DNA from: Mailhella sp.
GTDB lineage: Bacteria > Desulfobacterota > Desulfovibrionia > Desulfovibrionales > Desulfovibrionaceae
Assembly (NCBI GenBank): GCA_017411945.1
Contig: JAFQPD010000064.1
Span: forward strand, 1 to 38,949
Direction of reading: 5' to 3'
Length of the DNA: 38,949 bases
Positions within the stretch are counted from its first letter, which is position 1; each line of letters begins with the position of its first letter. The translations under genes and the position numbers were made by a program. This document shows, in pieces, positions 1 through 9,068 of this stretch. A model generated the notes under the pieces. That model made no database searches. It saw only the letters and a program-made list of their open reading frames with translations, and had not been told where the DNA came from.

Positions 1-563
1 CCGTTGCTCGTGCGGTCACAGGCGGTATTGTATGGCGGATTATGGGCGGCAAGCACGATATGCTGTGTGCTTCCGGCTCGCAGGGCAAGCTCTTCCAGCC
101 ATTCCGAAAAACGTGCTTCTGGAAATTCCGATGGCGTTCCAAAAGGGCTGAACGTGGAACCGCCCACACCAAGGAGGGCGACGTTCGGGAGCAGTTTCCG
201 CACATTCCTATGCAGGTTGATGCCCCTTGCCTCAAGCCAATCATTCACTTCAGGGCGATCCATGTTGCCTATCTGGGCAAAAACGACGGGATGGACGGCC
301 TCGATGGCCTCTATCACATGGCGGGCGGCGGCTACGCCTCCCAAGGTGGTCAGATCGCCGGTGAGAATGACTCCGGCCGCTTGTTCCAGTTCAGGGATAT
401 CGCTTATCCGGCGGACGCGGCCATGCACATCGCCAATGACCACCCAGGTCTGCCCGTCTGCGGGGCAGGGGGTGCCATCCAGGGAGCCGGTGTAGCGGGC
501 AAGGCGCACCGACGTAGAACAGCTCGGCGTATACGGAGCTGATTCCGGGAAGCGGCTTGGCAT
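1..563 (-). CDS. Calcineurin-like metallophosphoesterase (3' end runs off the window)
   Basis: Not in the ORF track. Manual translation from ATG at 563 (AAGGA RBS upstream) gives WVVIGDVHG, VILTGDLTT, AQIGNMD, GVGGS..SPFGTPSE and AAHNPPYNT, i.e. DxH / GD / GN[M]D / H motifs. Confidence 0.85.
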   Translation of the reverse strand, partial: MPSRFPESAPYTPSCSTSVRLARYTGSLDGTPCPADGQTWVVIGDVHGRVRRISDIPELEQAAGVILTGDLTTLGGVAAARHVIEAIEAVHPVVFAQIGNMDRPEVNDWLEARGINLHRNVRKLLPNVALLGVGGSTFSPFGTPSEFPEARFSEWLEELALRAGSTQHIVLAAHNPPYNTACDRTSN

Positions 564-730
564 GGGGAAAGTCCTTCTGCTGGAGCGGACGAAAATTCTT
601 GCAGTATTTGTCTGCTGGGCGGGACAATAGCGTATTTTTTTCTGTCTGGCAAAGGGGAAGTGCTGGCAAACGGCGGAAAAAAAGGTAAAAATCTCTCTAT
701 TCCATATTTTTCCAGTAGAGATTTCATCCC

Positions 731-1327
731 ATGGACGACAAAGTATCCCTGCGCCAGCATCTGCGCCTCCAGCGTTCAGCCCTTTCCTCAGGGAAAGGCG
801 GGGCATTTCGTTCCCTTCGGATTCAGGAACGGCTTCTGGAAAGTTCGTTCTGGCGCGATTGCCGGCGGGTGGCGGCGTATGTCTCCATTAAGGGAGAAGC
901 GGGAACGGAGCTCATCCTTCAGGAGGCTCTTCGCACAGGGAGGGATCTTTTTCTTCCAAGGTGCAGGGCGCAGGGGGAAGAAGGCTGGCCCGGAGCTATG
1001 GACTTCCTTTTCTGCTCAGGGCTGGAGGGGCTTGTTCCTTCCGGATTCGGCATCCCCGAGCCTCTTCTTTCTTCGGATCTCCGCCTGCTCGCGCCTGAGG
1101 AGCTTCGTATGCCGGACACGCTCGTCATCGTCCCGGCTCTGGCCTTCGACAGGAAGGGCTTCCGCCTCGGCTACGGGGGCGGCTATTACGACCGCCTGCT
1201 GGCCCATGCCGCCTGCCCGGTCGTCGGACTGGTCTTCCATGAGCTCCTTGTGGAGGAGATTCCCCGAGAACCATGGGACATGCCCGTGCAGGCCGTGTGC
1301 ACGGAGGAGGTGCTTTTATGCATTTAG
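731..1327 (+). CDS. ygfA: 5-formyltetrahydrofolate cyclo-ligase
   Basis: K.SLRQ..R N-terminus, FGIPEP and VPALAFDRKGFRLGYGGGYYDRLL signature, and EPWDMPV near the C-terminus. Confidence 0.93.
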   Translation: MDDKVSLRQHLRLQRSALSSGKGGAFRSLRIQERLLESSFWRDCRRVAAYVSIKGEAGTELILQEALRTGRDLFLPRCRAQGEEGWPGAMDFLFCSGLEGLVPSGFGIPEPLLSSDLRLLAPEELRMPDTLVIVPALAFDRKGFRLGYGGGYYDRLLAHAACPVVGLVFHELLVEEIPREPWDMPVQAVCTEEVLLCI

Positions 1328-2067
1328 GGATCATCCCTTTCCGTTTTCCCGGAGTGCCCGGCGTGGAATGTGCGTTCACCGGGCGGGCCTTCGGCAATGT
1401 TTCGCTTGATTTCGCCGCCCGCGATGCCGAGCCTGCGCAGCAGGAAAAGGCAGTGAGGGTGCGCGAGTCCATTCCCCGCCTGCTGCATGCAGAAGCCTTT
1501 GCCGAGGTGCATCAGGTACATGGAGTGCGAACGGTTTTCGAGCCGGAAGCTCAGGACTGCGCGCGGCCTTCCTCGATCGACGCCGACGGCATGGCAACGA
1601 GCCGTTCCGGGCTGGCCCTCATGGTGAAAACGGCGGACTGTCAGCCCATGCTTGTGGCGCATGAATCCGGCCGTTTCGTCATGGCCATCCATTCCGGCTG
1701 GAAGGGGAACAGGCAGGATTATCCGCGCATTGCCGTGCTGGAATTCTGCGAACGCTACAGCCTTGAACCTTCTGAACTCTGGGCCGTGCGAGGACCGAGC
1801 CTTGGCCCGGCCGCTTCCGAGTTCACGAATTTCGATGCGGAATGGGGAACGGGCTTCCTTCGCTGGTACGACAGGGAGCGCAGGACCGTGGATCTGTGGG
1901 GGCTGGCGCGGCATCAGCTCGAGGGGGCGGGCATCCCTGCAGGGCGCATTCTCAGCCTCGACCTCTGCACCTTTGAAAATGCGGAGCGGTTCTTCTCCTA
2001 CCGTCAGTTCCGCCGGAACGGCATGGAGGACGGCAGGCAGGCTTCCTTCATCTGGATACGCCAGTAA
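1318..2067 (+). CDS. pgeF: YfiH/PgeF-family laccase-domain protein (purine nucleoside phosphorylase / peptidoglycan editing factor)
   Basis: QVHG, ADGMAT, KTADCQP, HSGWKG, GPSLGP and CT..FFSYR..GRQ motifs. Start moved to ATG 1318 after a GGAGGAGG RBS, overlapping the end of ygfA. Confidence 0.88.
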   Translation: MHLGIIPFRFPGVPGVECAFTGRAFGNVSLDFAARDAEPAQQEKAVRVRESIPRLLHAEAFAEVHQVHGVRTVFEPEAQDCARPSSIDADGMATSRSGLALMVKTADCQPMLVAHESGRFVMAIHSGWKGNRQDYPRIAVLEFCERYSLEPSELWAVRGPSLGPAASEFTNFDAEWGTGFLRWYDRERRTVDLWGLARHQLEGAGIPAGRILSLDLCTFENAERFFSYRQFRRNGMEDGRQASFIWIRQ

Positions 2068-2234
2068 TTTTCTGTTTGATTTTTTTTACGAAGTCGCGTA
2101 TCAACATCCCCCTGTGTTATTTTTCTGCCGGACGAGGAGAGGTCGGCCAGCGGAAACTCCATGCGGATGCCCATGCCGGGAATAGCACGGCTGTATCGGT
2201 CAGCTGCCGAAAAACTTCCCTAGAGGAACCTGTC

Positions 2235-3587
2235 ATGAACGTATCTCGCCTGATGCGCGGCGTTTCCGCCGTGCTCGTTGCGTTTGGCCTTGTGGCCGGC
2301 GCCGTTTCCCCTGCCTCTGCTGAAGGCTTCGCTATTTCCACCCTCAGTGCCCGCGGCGGCTCCTTTGGCGGCGGTCCTGCCTCCGGCATGGTCGGCCGTG
2401 CCGACGACGCTTCCGCCGTGGCCTACAACCCCGCCGGCCTCACTCAGGTGCAGGGCACGCAGATCATGGGCGGCCTTGCCGCCGTTGCTCTGAACCTCGA
2501 CCTTGAGACCGATGCCACCTGGTGCTCCAACTCCCATCAGGTGTGGCCCATCCCCCACTTCTATGTTTCCCATCAGCTGAACGATAAGTTCTGGGCTGGC
2601 GTGGGCATGTTCACCCGCTGGGGCCTCGGCCATTCCTACCCTGATAACTGGGCGTCCAGAGCTATCGACAAGAACAAGGGCACTTCCGTCCCCGGTACTC
2701 CTCTTCAGTACACCAACGGCCTCAAGTCCATTACTCTGCTGACCTCCACCATCAATCCCACTGTCGCCTACAAGCTGAACGATGTGTGGTCCGTGGCCGC
2801 TGGCGTGAGCTATACCTGGGGCTACCTCAGCCTGAACAATCATCTCGACTACGGCGTCCCCGGCATGGGCTCCATGGGCGGAGCCGACATTCGCATCCAT
2901 TCTGAAAATGGCCGTTCCTTCGGCTACAATCTTGCTCTGCATGCCAAGTTCAACGAGCAGTGGAGCGCCGGCCTTACCTACCGTTCCCACGAACGCATGA
3001 AGTTCAACGGCAGCGCTCGAGTTCGCGGCGATGAAACGGGTAAGATGCTTGCGGCCGCAGGCGGCCTTTTCAATTCTCGTGGCAAGGCTACCATCGTCCT
3101 GCCTGATATCATTTCTCTCGGCGTGGCCTATAAGCCCACTGACCGCCTGAGCTTCGAAGCCGACGTGGCCTATACTGTGTGGAGCCGCTGGCGTTCTCTG
3201 AATGTGGACCTGTTCGGCAGCAATCCTACGGGAGCTCCTGCTAACGGCATCCATCAGCAGAAGTGCTGGCGCGACACCTGGGCCTTCTCCATCAGCGGCG
3301 AATACTGGATGTATGACTGGCTCGCCCTCCGTGCCGGCTTCCTGTATGAGACCTCTCCTCTCAACGGTTCCTATTATCATGACTATCTGATCCCCACCAA
3401 CGGCCGCCTGCAGGCTTCCGTCGGTTTCGGCCTGAAGTATGAAGACTGGACTCTCGATTTCGCCTACATCCATATGCATGAGCGCGAAGTCGACCTTAAG
3501 GCTGGCGGTGAAGCTGGCACCTTCAACGGCAAGTTCGGCAACGGCTACGACCACACCTTCGCCCTCACTCTCGGCTATAAGTTCTAA
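2235..3587 (+). CDS. FadL/OmpP1-family outer-membrane transporter for hydrophobic compounds
   Basis: Signal peptide ending ASA, mature N-terminus EGF, ADDASAVAYNPAG hatch motif, INPTVAYK, C-terminal GYKF. GAGG RBS before ATG 2235. Confidence 0.9.
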   Translation: MNVSRLMRGVSAVLVAFGLVAGAVSPASAEGFAISTLSARGGSFGGGPASGMVGRADDASAVAYNPAGLTQVQGTQIMGGLAAVALNLDLETDATWCSNSHQVWPIPHFYVSHQLNDKFWAGVGMFTRWGLGHSYPDNWASRAIDKNKGTSVPGTPLQYTNGLKSITLLTSTINPTVAYKLNDVWSVAAGVSYTWGYLSLNNHLDYGVPGMGSMGGADIRIHSENGRSFGYNLALHAKFNEQWSAGLTYRSHERMKFNGSARVRGDETGKMLAAAGGLFNSRGKATIVLPDIISLGVAYKPTDRLSFEADVAYTVWSRWRSLNVDLFGSNPTGAPANGIHQQKCWRDTWAFSISGEYWMYDWLALRAGFLYETSPLNGSYYHDYLIPTNGRLQASVGFGLKYEDWTLDFAYIHMHEREVDLKAGGEAGTFNGKFGNGYDHTFALTLGYKF

Positions 3588-3612
3588 GCTGCGGGATGCG
3601 GCTTGATATCTG

Positions 3613-3640
3613 GGCCTCTGCTTCGGCAGGGGCCTTTTTT
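3613..3640 (+). terminator. Intrinsic terminator after the FadL-like gene
   Basis: GGCCTCTGC-TTCG-GCAGGGGCC followed by TTTTTT. Confidence 0.85.
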
Positions 3641-3720
3641 GTTGCCGCCCGCAGGGCTGGCCTTTTTATAGAGTTGCGCTACTATGCCGCCATGTTTTCA
3701 GAATGGAGAAGGGGGCTTCC

Positions 3721-4647
3721 ATGCTTCTTGAGATAGGTCTTATCGCCGGCGGCGTCCCTGCCGGCTGGACGTTGAGGAACTGTGCCCGCGCCGTGCGCTG
3801 GGTGAACGAATTCCTGAGCTGGACAGTGCGCATCATGCTCTTCCTGCTCGGTCTTGCTCTTGGTCTGGACGATGGACTCATCGGTCAGCTTGAAAGCCTC
3901 GGCCTCTATGCGGCGGTGATAAGTTCGCTCTCGGTGGCAGGCTGCTTCATCGCGGCACGACTGCTGGGGAAATATGTGTTCACGGAATACGCCCCAGGGG
4001 GCGAGAAGGGAGCGGCCGGGCCTGCGTCCGGGAGCAGGGGGTCCTTCATAGCTTTGGGCTTCTTCCTTGCAGGAGCTCTGCTGGGCTGGCTTCGCCTCGT
4101 TCCGCAGGGCGCGGCCGCCGGTGAGGCTGCAGTGTGGGTACTGTATATGCTCCTTTTCTCAGCAGGCATGACCGTGGGCTTCGACTTGAAGGCCCTTGGC
4201 ATCATCCGCGAGCTCAAGGGGCGCATCCTGCTTATCCCTCTGGGCGTCGTGCTCGGTACCTTTGCCGGCTCTGCGCTGGCATGGGCCATCCTTTCCCAGT
4301 TTGCAGACATCACCCTTGTGGAGTCTCTCGCCGTGGGCGGCGGCTTCGGCTACTACAGCCTGGCCACGGTCATCCTCACTCGCCTGGGGGACCCTGCCCT
4401 TGGCTCCGTGGCCCTGCTTTCCAATATGGTCCATGAGGCTCTGGCCCTGCTCCTGCCCCCCTTCCTCGTGCGCTTCACGGGGAAACTCGGGCCGGTTCTG
4501 GCTGGCGGTGCGGCGGCCATGGATACCTGCCTGCCTGTAGTGGCCCATGTGAGCGGTGAACGCTGTGCCATACTCGCGGTGTTCTCAGGCATGTGTCTCA
4601 CGCTCCTCGTGCCCGTGCTCCTTCCCGTCATCATGCTGTTCCGCTGA
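3721..4647 (+). CDS. LysO (YbjE/DUF340) family amino-acid exporter
   Basis: Multi-TM protein with LLFLLGLALG, GFGYYSL, GSVALLSN..HE and GGAAAMDTCLP motifs. Start 3721 follows AGGGGG; 3703 is an alternative. Confidence 0.85.
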   Translation: MLLEIGLIAGGVPAGWTLRNCARAVRWVNEFLSWTVRIMLFLLGLALGLDDGLIGQLESLGLYAAVISSLSVAGCFIAARLLGKYVFTEYAPGGEKGAAGPASGSRGSFIALGFFLAGALLGWLRLVPQGAAAGEAAVWVLYMLLFSAGMTVGFDLKALGIIRELKGRILLIPLGVVLGTFAGSALAWAILSQFADITLVESLAVGGGFGYYSLATVILTRLGDPALGSVALLSNMVHEALALLLPPFLVRFTGKLGPVLAGGAAAMDTCLPVVAHVSGERCAILAVFSGMCLTLLVPVLLPVIMLFR

Positions 4648-4664
4648 TATCCTCAGGATGAACG

Positions 4665-4698
4665 AAAGCCCCGGTCTCGCTTGAGGCCGGGGCTTTTT
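4665..4698. terminator. Bidirectional terminator between the convergent lysO-like and tauE-like genes
   Basis: AAAGCCCCGGTCTC-GCTT-GAGGCCGGGGCTTTTT. Confidence 0.85.
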
Positions 4699-4715
4699 CT
4701 GTGCTGTCGTTCTTC

Positions 4716-5513
4716 TTACAGAACGTCGAGGAGCATCTTGGTCGCCACGCAGTACAGGAAGCAGGCGAAGATCTTCTTCAGTTTGGGGATGGGCAGCTTG
4801 TGGGCGAGGGCGGCGCCGCGCGGAGCGGTGAGGGTGCTCACGGCCACGATGCCTACGAGGGCGGGCAGATAGATGAAGCCGAGGCTGTATTCGGGCAGGC
4901 TGGCCGTGCCCCAGCCGTTCACGATATTGCCAAGGCAGCCGGCGAGGGCGATGGGGAAGCCGATGGCGGCGGAAGTTCCCACGGCGCGGCGCATATCCAC
5001 GTTATGCCACACGAGGAAAGGCACGGAGAGCGTGCCGCCGCCGATGCCCACGAGGCTGGAGATGGCGCCGATGAACATGCCTGCGCCGGTCATGCCTGCG
5101 AAGCCGGGGAGCTGGCGGGTGGGGTTGGGCTTCTTGTTCAGGAGCATGTTGGTAGCCACATAGAACAGGAAGCATACGAAGAACATCTGCAGGTAGCGGG
5201 CAGGGATGGAGGCGGCCACGAATGTTCCGGCATAGGTGCCCACGAGTATGCCTGCGGCAATGTATTTCACCACGTTCCAGTCCACGCCGCCGCGCTTGTG
5301 GTGAGCGCGCGCACTGGAAAGGGCCGTGAACATGATGCTGCCCAGCGAAGTGCCGATGGCCATATGGATGGCCACTTCGGTAGGTATGTTCAGCCAGTCG
5401 AAGGCGAAGACGAGCATGGGCACCACGACGGCGCCGCCGCCTATGCCCAGAAGCCCGGCTAGAAGTCCGGCAACTGCGCCAAGTATGCAGTAGAGTATCA
5501 TTGCGGTAAGCAT
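4716..5513 (-). CDS. TauE/SafE-family sulfite exporter / anion permease
   Basis: Duplicated GLLGIGGG..VP and SLVGIGGG..VP motifs, AIGTSL and AVGTS. ATG 5513 with GGAG RBS. Confidence 0.9.
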   Translation of the reverse strand: MLTAMILYCILGAVAGLLAGLLGIGGGAVVVPMLVFAFDWLNIPTEVAIHMAIGTSLGSIMFTALSSARAHHKRGGVDWNVVKYIAAGILVGTYAGTFVAASIPARYLQMFFVCFLFYVATNMLLNKKPNPTRQLPGFAGMTGAGMFIGAISSLVGIGGGTLSVPFLVWHNVDMRRAVGTSAAIGFPIALAGCLGNIVNGWGTASLPEYSLGFIYLPALVGIVAVSTLTAPRGAALAHKLPIPKLKKIFACFLYCVATKMLLDVL

Positions 5514-5784
5514 ACGGTTCTCCCGGTGGAAAATTTTTGCCATAATAACGCCTGCGGTGCATGCGTCAATCCTGTTCCAAAAGGCACAAAGGGGAGACCG
5601 CAGGGGAGTCCGGCAGGATTCAGGCAAAAATTTTGGAGGAAAATAGAAAAATAATCTGAAGGAAGAGGCCTTCTTTTTTTGTGGAAACAAGGCGTTCCTG
5701 TAATGCTGAAAATAGGAAAAACTGGCTACTGGTGCGGGTAAACTGGCAGTTTGAGGAAGGAACATATCAAGTTTTTCTGCATAG

Positions 5785-5813
5785 TTGACCGGAAACTCCA
5801 CGCTTGGTATAGT
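5785..5813 (+). promoter_or_regulatory. Sigma70 promoter for the AraC-family gene
   Basis: TTGACC-17 nt-TATAGT with an extended -10 TG. Confidence 0.7.
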
Positions 5814-5882
5814 TTGCCCAGTTTTTTAAAAAGAGCAAATGCAGTTTTGTTAAGTTTGTTCGAGCGCATACGCGGAGGCCTC

Positions 5883-6845
5883 ATGTGTAATTCGAGCGGG
5901 CAGCTGAGCCATGAGTATGAACTTCTGAGCAGGGAGATATTCCGGCTGGCACCTCATACGGGCATTTCTTTTGCCGATGTTCCGGGGCTGAGGATCATCC
6001 GGAGGGATGACCCGTCCCGTCAGGAGAACATACTGTTCCCGCCCTGCGTATGCATTGCTTCACAAGGGGGGAAGCAGGCTGTCATCGGCGCCGAGTCCTA
6101 TGAGTACGGCTGCGGCCAGTTCCTTCTGAACTGCGTGGAAATGCCCAGTTCCATGAAGATAGTCACAGAGGATGGCAGCCCCTACCTTGCGCTGGTCATG
6201 GAACTGGATATCCCTCTCCTTTCCCAGATCTTCGACGAGATGGAGGCTGCAGAGGTGGCCGGCATGCTTTCTTCCTTCGAAAGGGAGAAAGGCAGGGAGA
6301 AGGCTGAGGAAGATGAGGCGCCGGCTTCCGTTCAGGCCTCCCGCAGCATACGCATAGGCGAGGTCGCTCCGGAGATGCTCAATGCCTTCCTGCGCCTTGC
6401 CCGCATCGCCGATGATGGGGAGAAAGCCCGCTTTGTGGCCCCCCTCATCGTGCGGGAGATACATTATTACCTTGCCTCAGGCCCGTTCGGTCCCTATCTG
6501 CGCACCTTCTATGCCAACTCCTCCCAGAGCAGGCAGATAGCCCGTGCCGTGGCCTATATGCACGACCACTGCAGCGAACGTTTGCGCATAGAGCACCTTG
6601 CCCGCATCGCCAATATGGCGGAATCCACCTTCAACAGGAATTTCAAGAAGGTGACGTCGCTCAGCCCGCTCCAGTACCATAAGCACCTCAAGCTCTATGA
6701 GGCCCGCCGCCTCATGCTTACGGAGGGCATGAGCGCGTCTACGGCCTGCTTTGCCGTGGGCTATGAGAGCCAGCAGCAGTTCACCCGCGAGTATAAGAGG
6801 CTGTTCGGCAATCCTCCCATGAAGGATATACGCCGCAATTCCTAG
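5883..6845 (+). CDS. AraC-family transcriptional regulator (AraC_N / YqhC-like)
   Basis: N-domain PCVCIASQGGK..Y..GQFL and REIHYYL..GP; C-terminal double HTH LARIANMAESTFNRNFK..SPLQY and VGYESQQQFTREYKRLFG.PP. GGAGG RBS. Confidence 0.93.
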   Translation: MCNSSGQLSHEYELLSREIFRLAPHTGISFADVPGLRIIRRDDPSRQENILFPPCVCIASQGGKQAVIGAESYEYGCGQFLLNCVEMPSSMKIVTEDGSPYLALVMELDIPLLSQIFDEMEAAEVAGMLSSFEREKGREKAEEDEAPASVQASRSIRIGEVAPEMLNAFLRLARIADDGEKARFVAPLIVREIHYYLASGPFGPYLRTFYANSSQSRQIARAVAYMHDHCSERLRIEHLARIANMAESTFNRNFKKVTSLSPLQYHKHLKLYEARRLMLTEGMSASTACFAVGYESQQQFTREYKRLFGNPPMKDIRRNS

Positions 6846-6913
6846 CCCGATGGTGGACGGTCGAGAGCAAAAAGGCTACGGTAGGGGAAATACTGTTCAC
6901 CGAGGAGGCTTCC

Positions 6914-7528
6914 ATGCCTGTCATCACTCTGCCTTTCGGAGCTCTTGAAGCGAATTGCCATATCGTCCACAACGGAACGGATGCCGTGGTGTTCGACCCT
7001 TCCGACGATACCGCCGCCATACTCGGCATCCTTGCCGAGAAGAAGCTCACCCTGCGTGCCGTCGCGCTCACCCATCTGCACTGCGACCATTGCCTCGGCT
7101 GTGCCGACATCGCCAAGGCTACGGGGCTCGTTCCGCTCATCGGCCTCGAAGACTGGCTGGAACGCGGCCTTCTCCTGTGCAAAGGCATGTGCTTCGGCAT
7201 GGAGCTGAAGCCTTTCCAGGCCGAGCCGCTCGTGCCCGGCGAGGTGGCATGGGGTTCGCTGAACTGCAAGGTCATCCATACTCCCGGCCATTCTCCGGGC
7301 AGTCTCTGCTACTATTTCGAAGAGCTTGGAGCTCTCATCACCGGCGACCTGCTCTTCTTCCGCTCCGTCGGCCGTTCCGACCTGCCTTTGGGCGACGGGG
7401 AGATGCTGGTACGCTCCCTGCGTGAAAAGATCTACACGCTTCCCGGTGCAGTAGCTGTTTACCCCGGCCACGGGCCTGAGACCAGCGTAGGCTACGAGGC
7501 TATTCACAATCACTTCTGCCGCGCATAG
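6914..7528 (+). CDS. Metallo-beta-lactamase-fold hydrolase (glyoxalase II / YcbL-like)
   Basis: THLHCDH, HTPGHSPGS, TGDLLF..SVGRSDL and YPGHG motifs. GAGGAGG RBS. Confidence 0.92.
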   Translation: MPVITLPFGALEANCHIVHNGTDAVVFDPSDDTAAILGILAEKKLTLRAVALTHLHCDHCLGCADIAKATGLVPLIGLEDWLERGLLLCKGMCFGMELKPFQAEPLVPGEVAWGSLNCKVIHTPGHSPGSLCYYFEELGALITGDLLFFRSVGRSDLPLGDGEMLVRSLREKIYTLPGAVAVYPGHGPETSVGYEAIHNHFCRA

Positions 7529-7535
7529 AGATCAT

Positions 7536-7565
7536 GGGCTTCCGGGAGACCGGCAGCCCTTTTTT
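7536..7565 (+). terminator. Intra-operon terminator-like hairpin directly before the flavoprotein RBS
   Basis: GGGCTTCCGG-GAGA-CCGGCAGCCC followed by TTTTTT. Confidence 0.65.
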
Positions 7566-7577
7566 GTGGAGTCCGCC

Positions 7578-8195
7578 ATGTCTTCCGCTCCTGTCTTCAT
7601 CGCCTCCTGCAGTCCGCGCAAAGGGGGGAACTGCGACTTTGCCGCTTCCCTTGTGGAGCGCACCCTTCCCGTGCGGAGTTCCGTCATCCGCGTGTCCGAT
7701 GCCAACGTCCGCCCCTGCAATGCCTGCGGCGTATGCGACAGCATGCCCGGCCGCTGCACTCTGGACGGGCCTACCGTCCTGCCTTCCTCTGTATCGGGCC
7801 AGCTTCCGGCTAAGGATGGGGCCAAGGCCCTTTTCGCCTCCATGACCCTTGCTCCCGTGACGTTCATCGTCGCTCCCATCTACTACTACCACATTCCGGC
7901 GCAGGCCAAGGCATGGGTGGACCGCACCCAGCGGTTCTGGGCCATGAAAGGCGAAAGCCCTGCCAAGGGGAGGGCCATGGCCTGCATACTCATTGCCGCG
8001 CGACCCCGGGGCGATATGCTCTTCGACGGAGCAGAGCGTTCCCTGCGCTGGATGGCGAAGACGCTGGGCATGGAATGGCTGGAGCCTCTTGAATTCTACG
8101 GGCTCGAACATGCCAGCGCGCTTGCGGATTCTGTGGAGAAGCAGGCCGACATCTGCAGTTATGCGGCCCGCATCTTCGGCGGTCTGCCCCGATGA
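7578..8195 (+). CDS. Flavodoxin-like NADPH-dependent FMN reductase / iron-sulfur flavoprotein
   Basis: SPRKGGN FMN-binding loop, CxxCxxC-x5-C (CNACGVCDSMPGRC) and APIYYYHIPAQAKAWVDR. Confidence 0.85.
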   Translation: MSSAPVFIASCSPRKGGNCDFAASLVERTLPVRSSVIRVSDANVRPCNACGVCDSMPGRCTLDGPTVLPSSVSGQLPAKDGAKALFASMTLAPVTFIVAPIYYYHIPAQAKAWVDRTQRFWAMKGESPAKGRAMACILIAARPRGDMLFDGAERSLRWMAKTLGMEWLEPLEFYGLEHASALADSVEKQADICSYAARIFGGLPR

Positions 8196-9019
8196 GCGGT
8201 GAAGGCGGAGCAGGCCTTCTGTCCAGTCTTTGGTCTTTCGGAAGGAACGGATTTTCTTTCCTGCGCCGATTCTGCGTTTTGGAGGAACGGCGCTGCGCCT
8301 GCTGCCGTGAGCCCTTCTTTCCTGAAGGCAAAGCCGTTTCCAGGATCTTCTGCCCGGACTGCCAGCCCTGTTTCCCGCGCCGGGAGGCAGGGTTCTGCCC
8401 CTATTGCGGCGAGCCTTTCGCCGTGGCCGCTGCACCAGTGGTGCCGTGCGGCGAATGCCTGCAGAAACTTCCTCCATGGAATGATTTCCTTTTCTACGGC
8501 ATTTATGAAGGGGAGCTTCGCGAACTCATACTGCGCGGCAAGTTCGGCGGCGGCCTCGATGCGCTTCATGCCCTGGGGCTCCTGCTGGCTGAGATCTGTA
8601 CAGATCATTATTCCGCGGCCCTGCCTCCGCAGGTCATAGTCCCTCTTCCGCTCCATCCTGTCCGGCTGCGGAAGCGCGGGCTCGACCAGTGCCTGGAGAT
8701 GGCCAGACCTGTGTCGGAGTCGCTCGGCATCCCTGTGCGTACGGATCTGCTTCGGCGCGTGTCGGCTTCAGTCCCCCAGTCTACGCTGGACAGGGAGAAC
8801 AGGAGGAAGCTGCGTCAGCCCTTTGCGGCTTCGCCGGAAGCCGCCGCTTTGCGCATACTGCTTCTCGATGACGTGTGCACCACAGGAGCAACTCTGGCAC
8901 GGGCAGCGGAATGCCTGCTCGCTGCCGGGGCAGCTTCCGTGGATGTCCTTGTGGCGGCAAGGGCTTCCCGGCATAGCGTTCCTTCCGGGAGCGAAGCCGC
9001 TCCGCACGCCTTGCCATGA
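8192..9019 (+). CDS. ComF-family protein (double zinc ribbon + PRTase domain)
   Basis: Four CxxC pairs, IVPLPLHPVRLRKRG..Q and ILLLDDVCTTGATL PRPP-binding loop. ATGA overlap with the upstream gene. Confidence 0.9.
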   Translation: MSGEGGAGLLSSLWSFGRNGFSFLRRFCVLEERRCACCREPFFPEGKAVSRIFCPDCQPCFPRREAGFCPYCGEPFAVAAAPVVPCGECLQKLPPWNDFLFYGIYEGELRELILRGKFGGGLDALHALGLLLAEICTDHYSAALPPQVIVPLPLHPVRLRKRGLDQCLEMARPVSESLGIPVRTDLLRRVSASVPQSTLDRENRRKLRQPFAASPEAAALRILLLDDVCTTGATLARAAECLLAAGAASVDVLVAARASRHSVPSGSEAAPHALP

Positions 9020-9068
9020 CCTGCCTTCACCTGATATGCATGACGACTCCCTTATGTGAAGGACTGCT

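Noticed and set aside
564-730. Possible 6S RNA upstream of ygfA (ssrS-ygfA synteny is common)
   Set aside because: The gap is only ~165 nt, must hold divergent promoters, and shows no long rod-like self-complementarity.
2120-2230. Glycine-riboswitch-like GGAGAG..GAAACTC in the fadL leader
   Set aside because: Lacks the CCGAAG and CTCAGG core elements and the expected helices.
6240-6345. Charged insertion in AraC and short insertions in Dus (about 9250-9290 and 9830-9925)
   Set aside because: Low-complexity loop expansions with no intein, repeat or domain signature.
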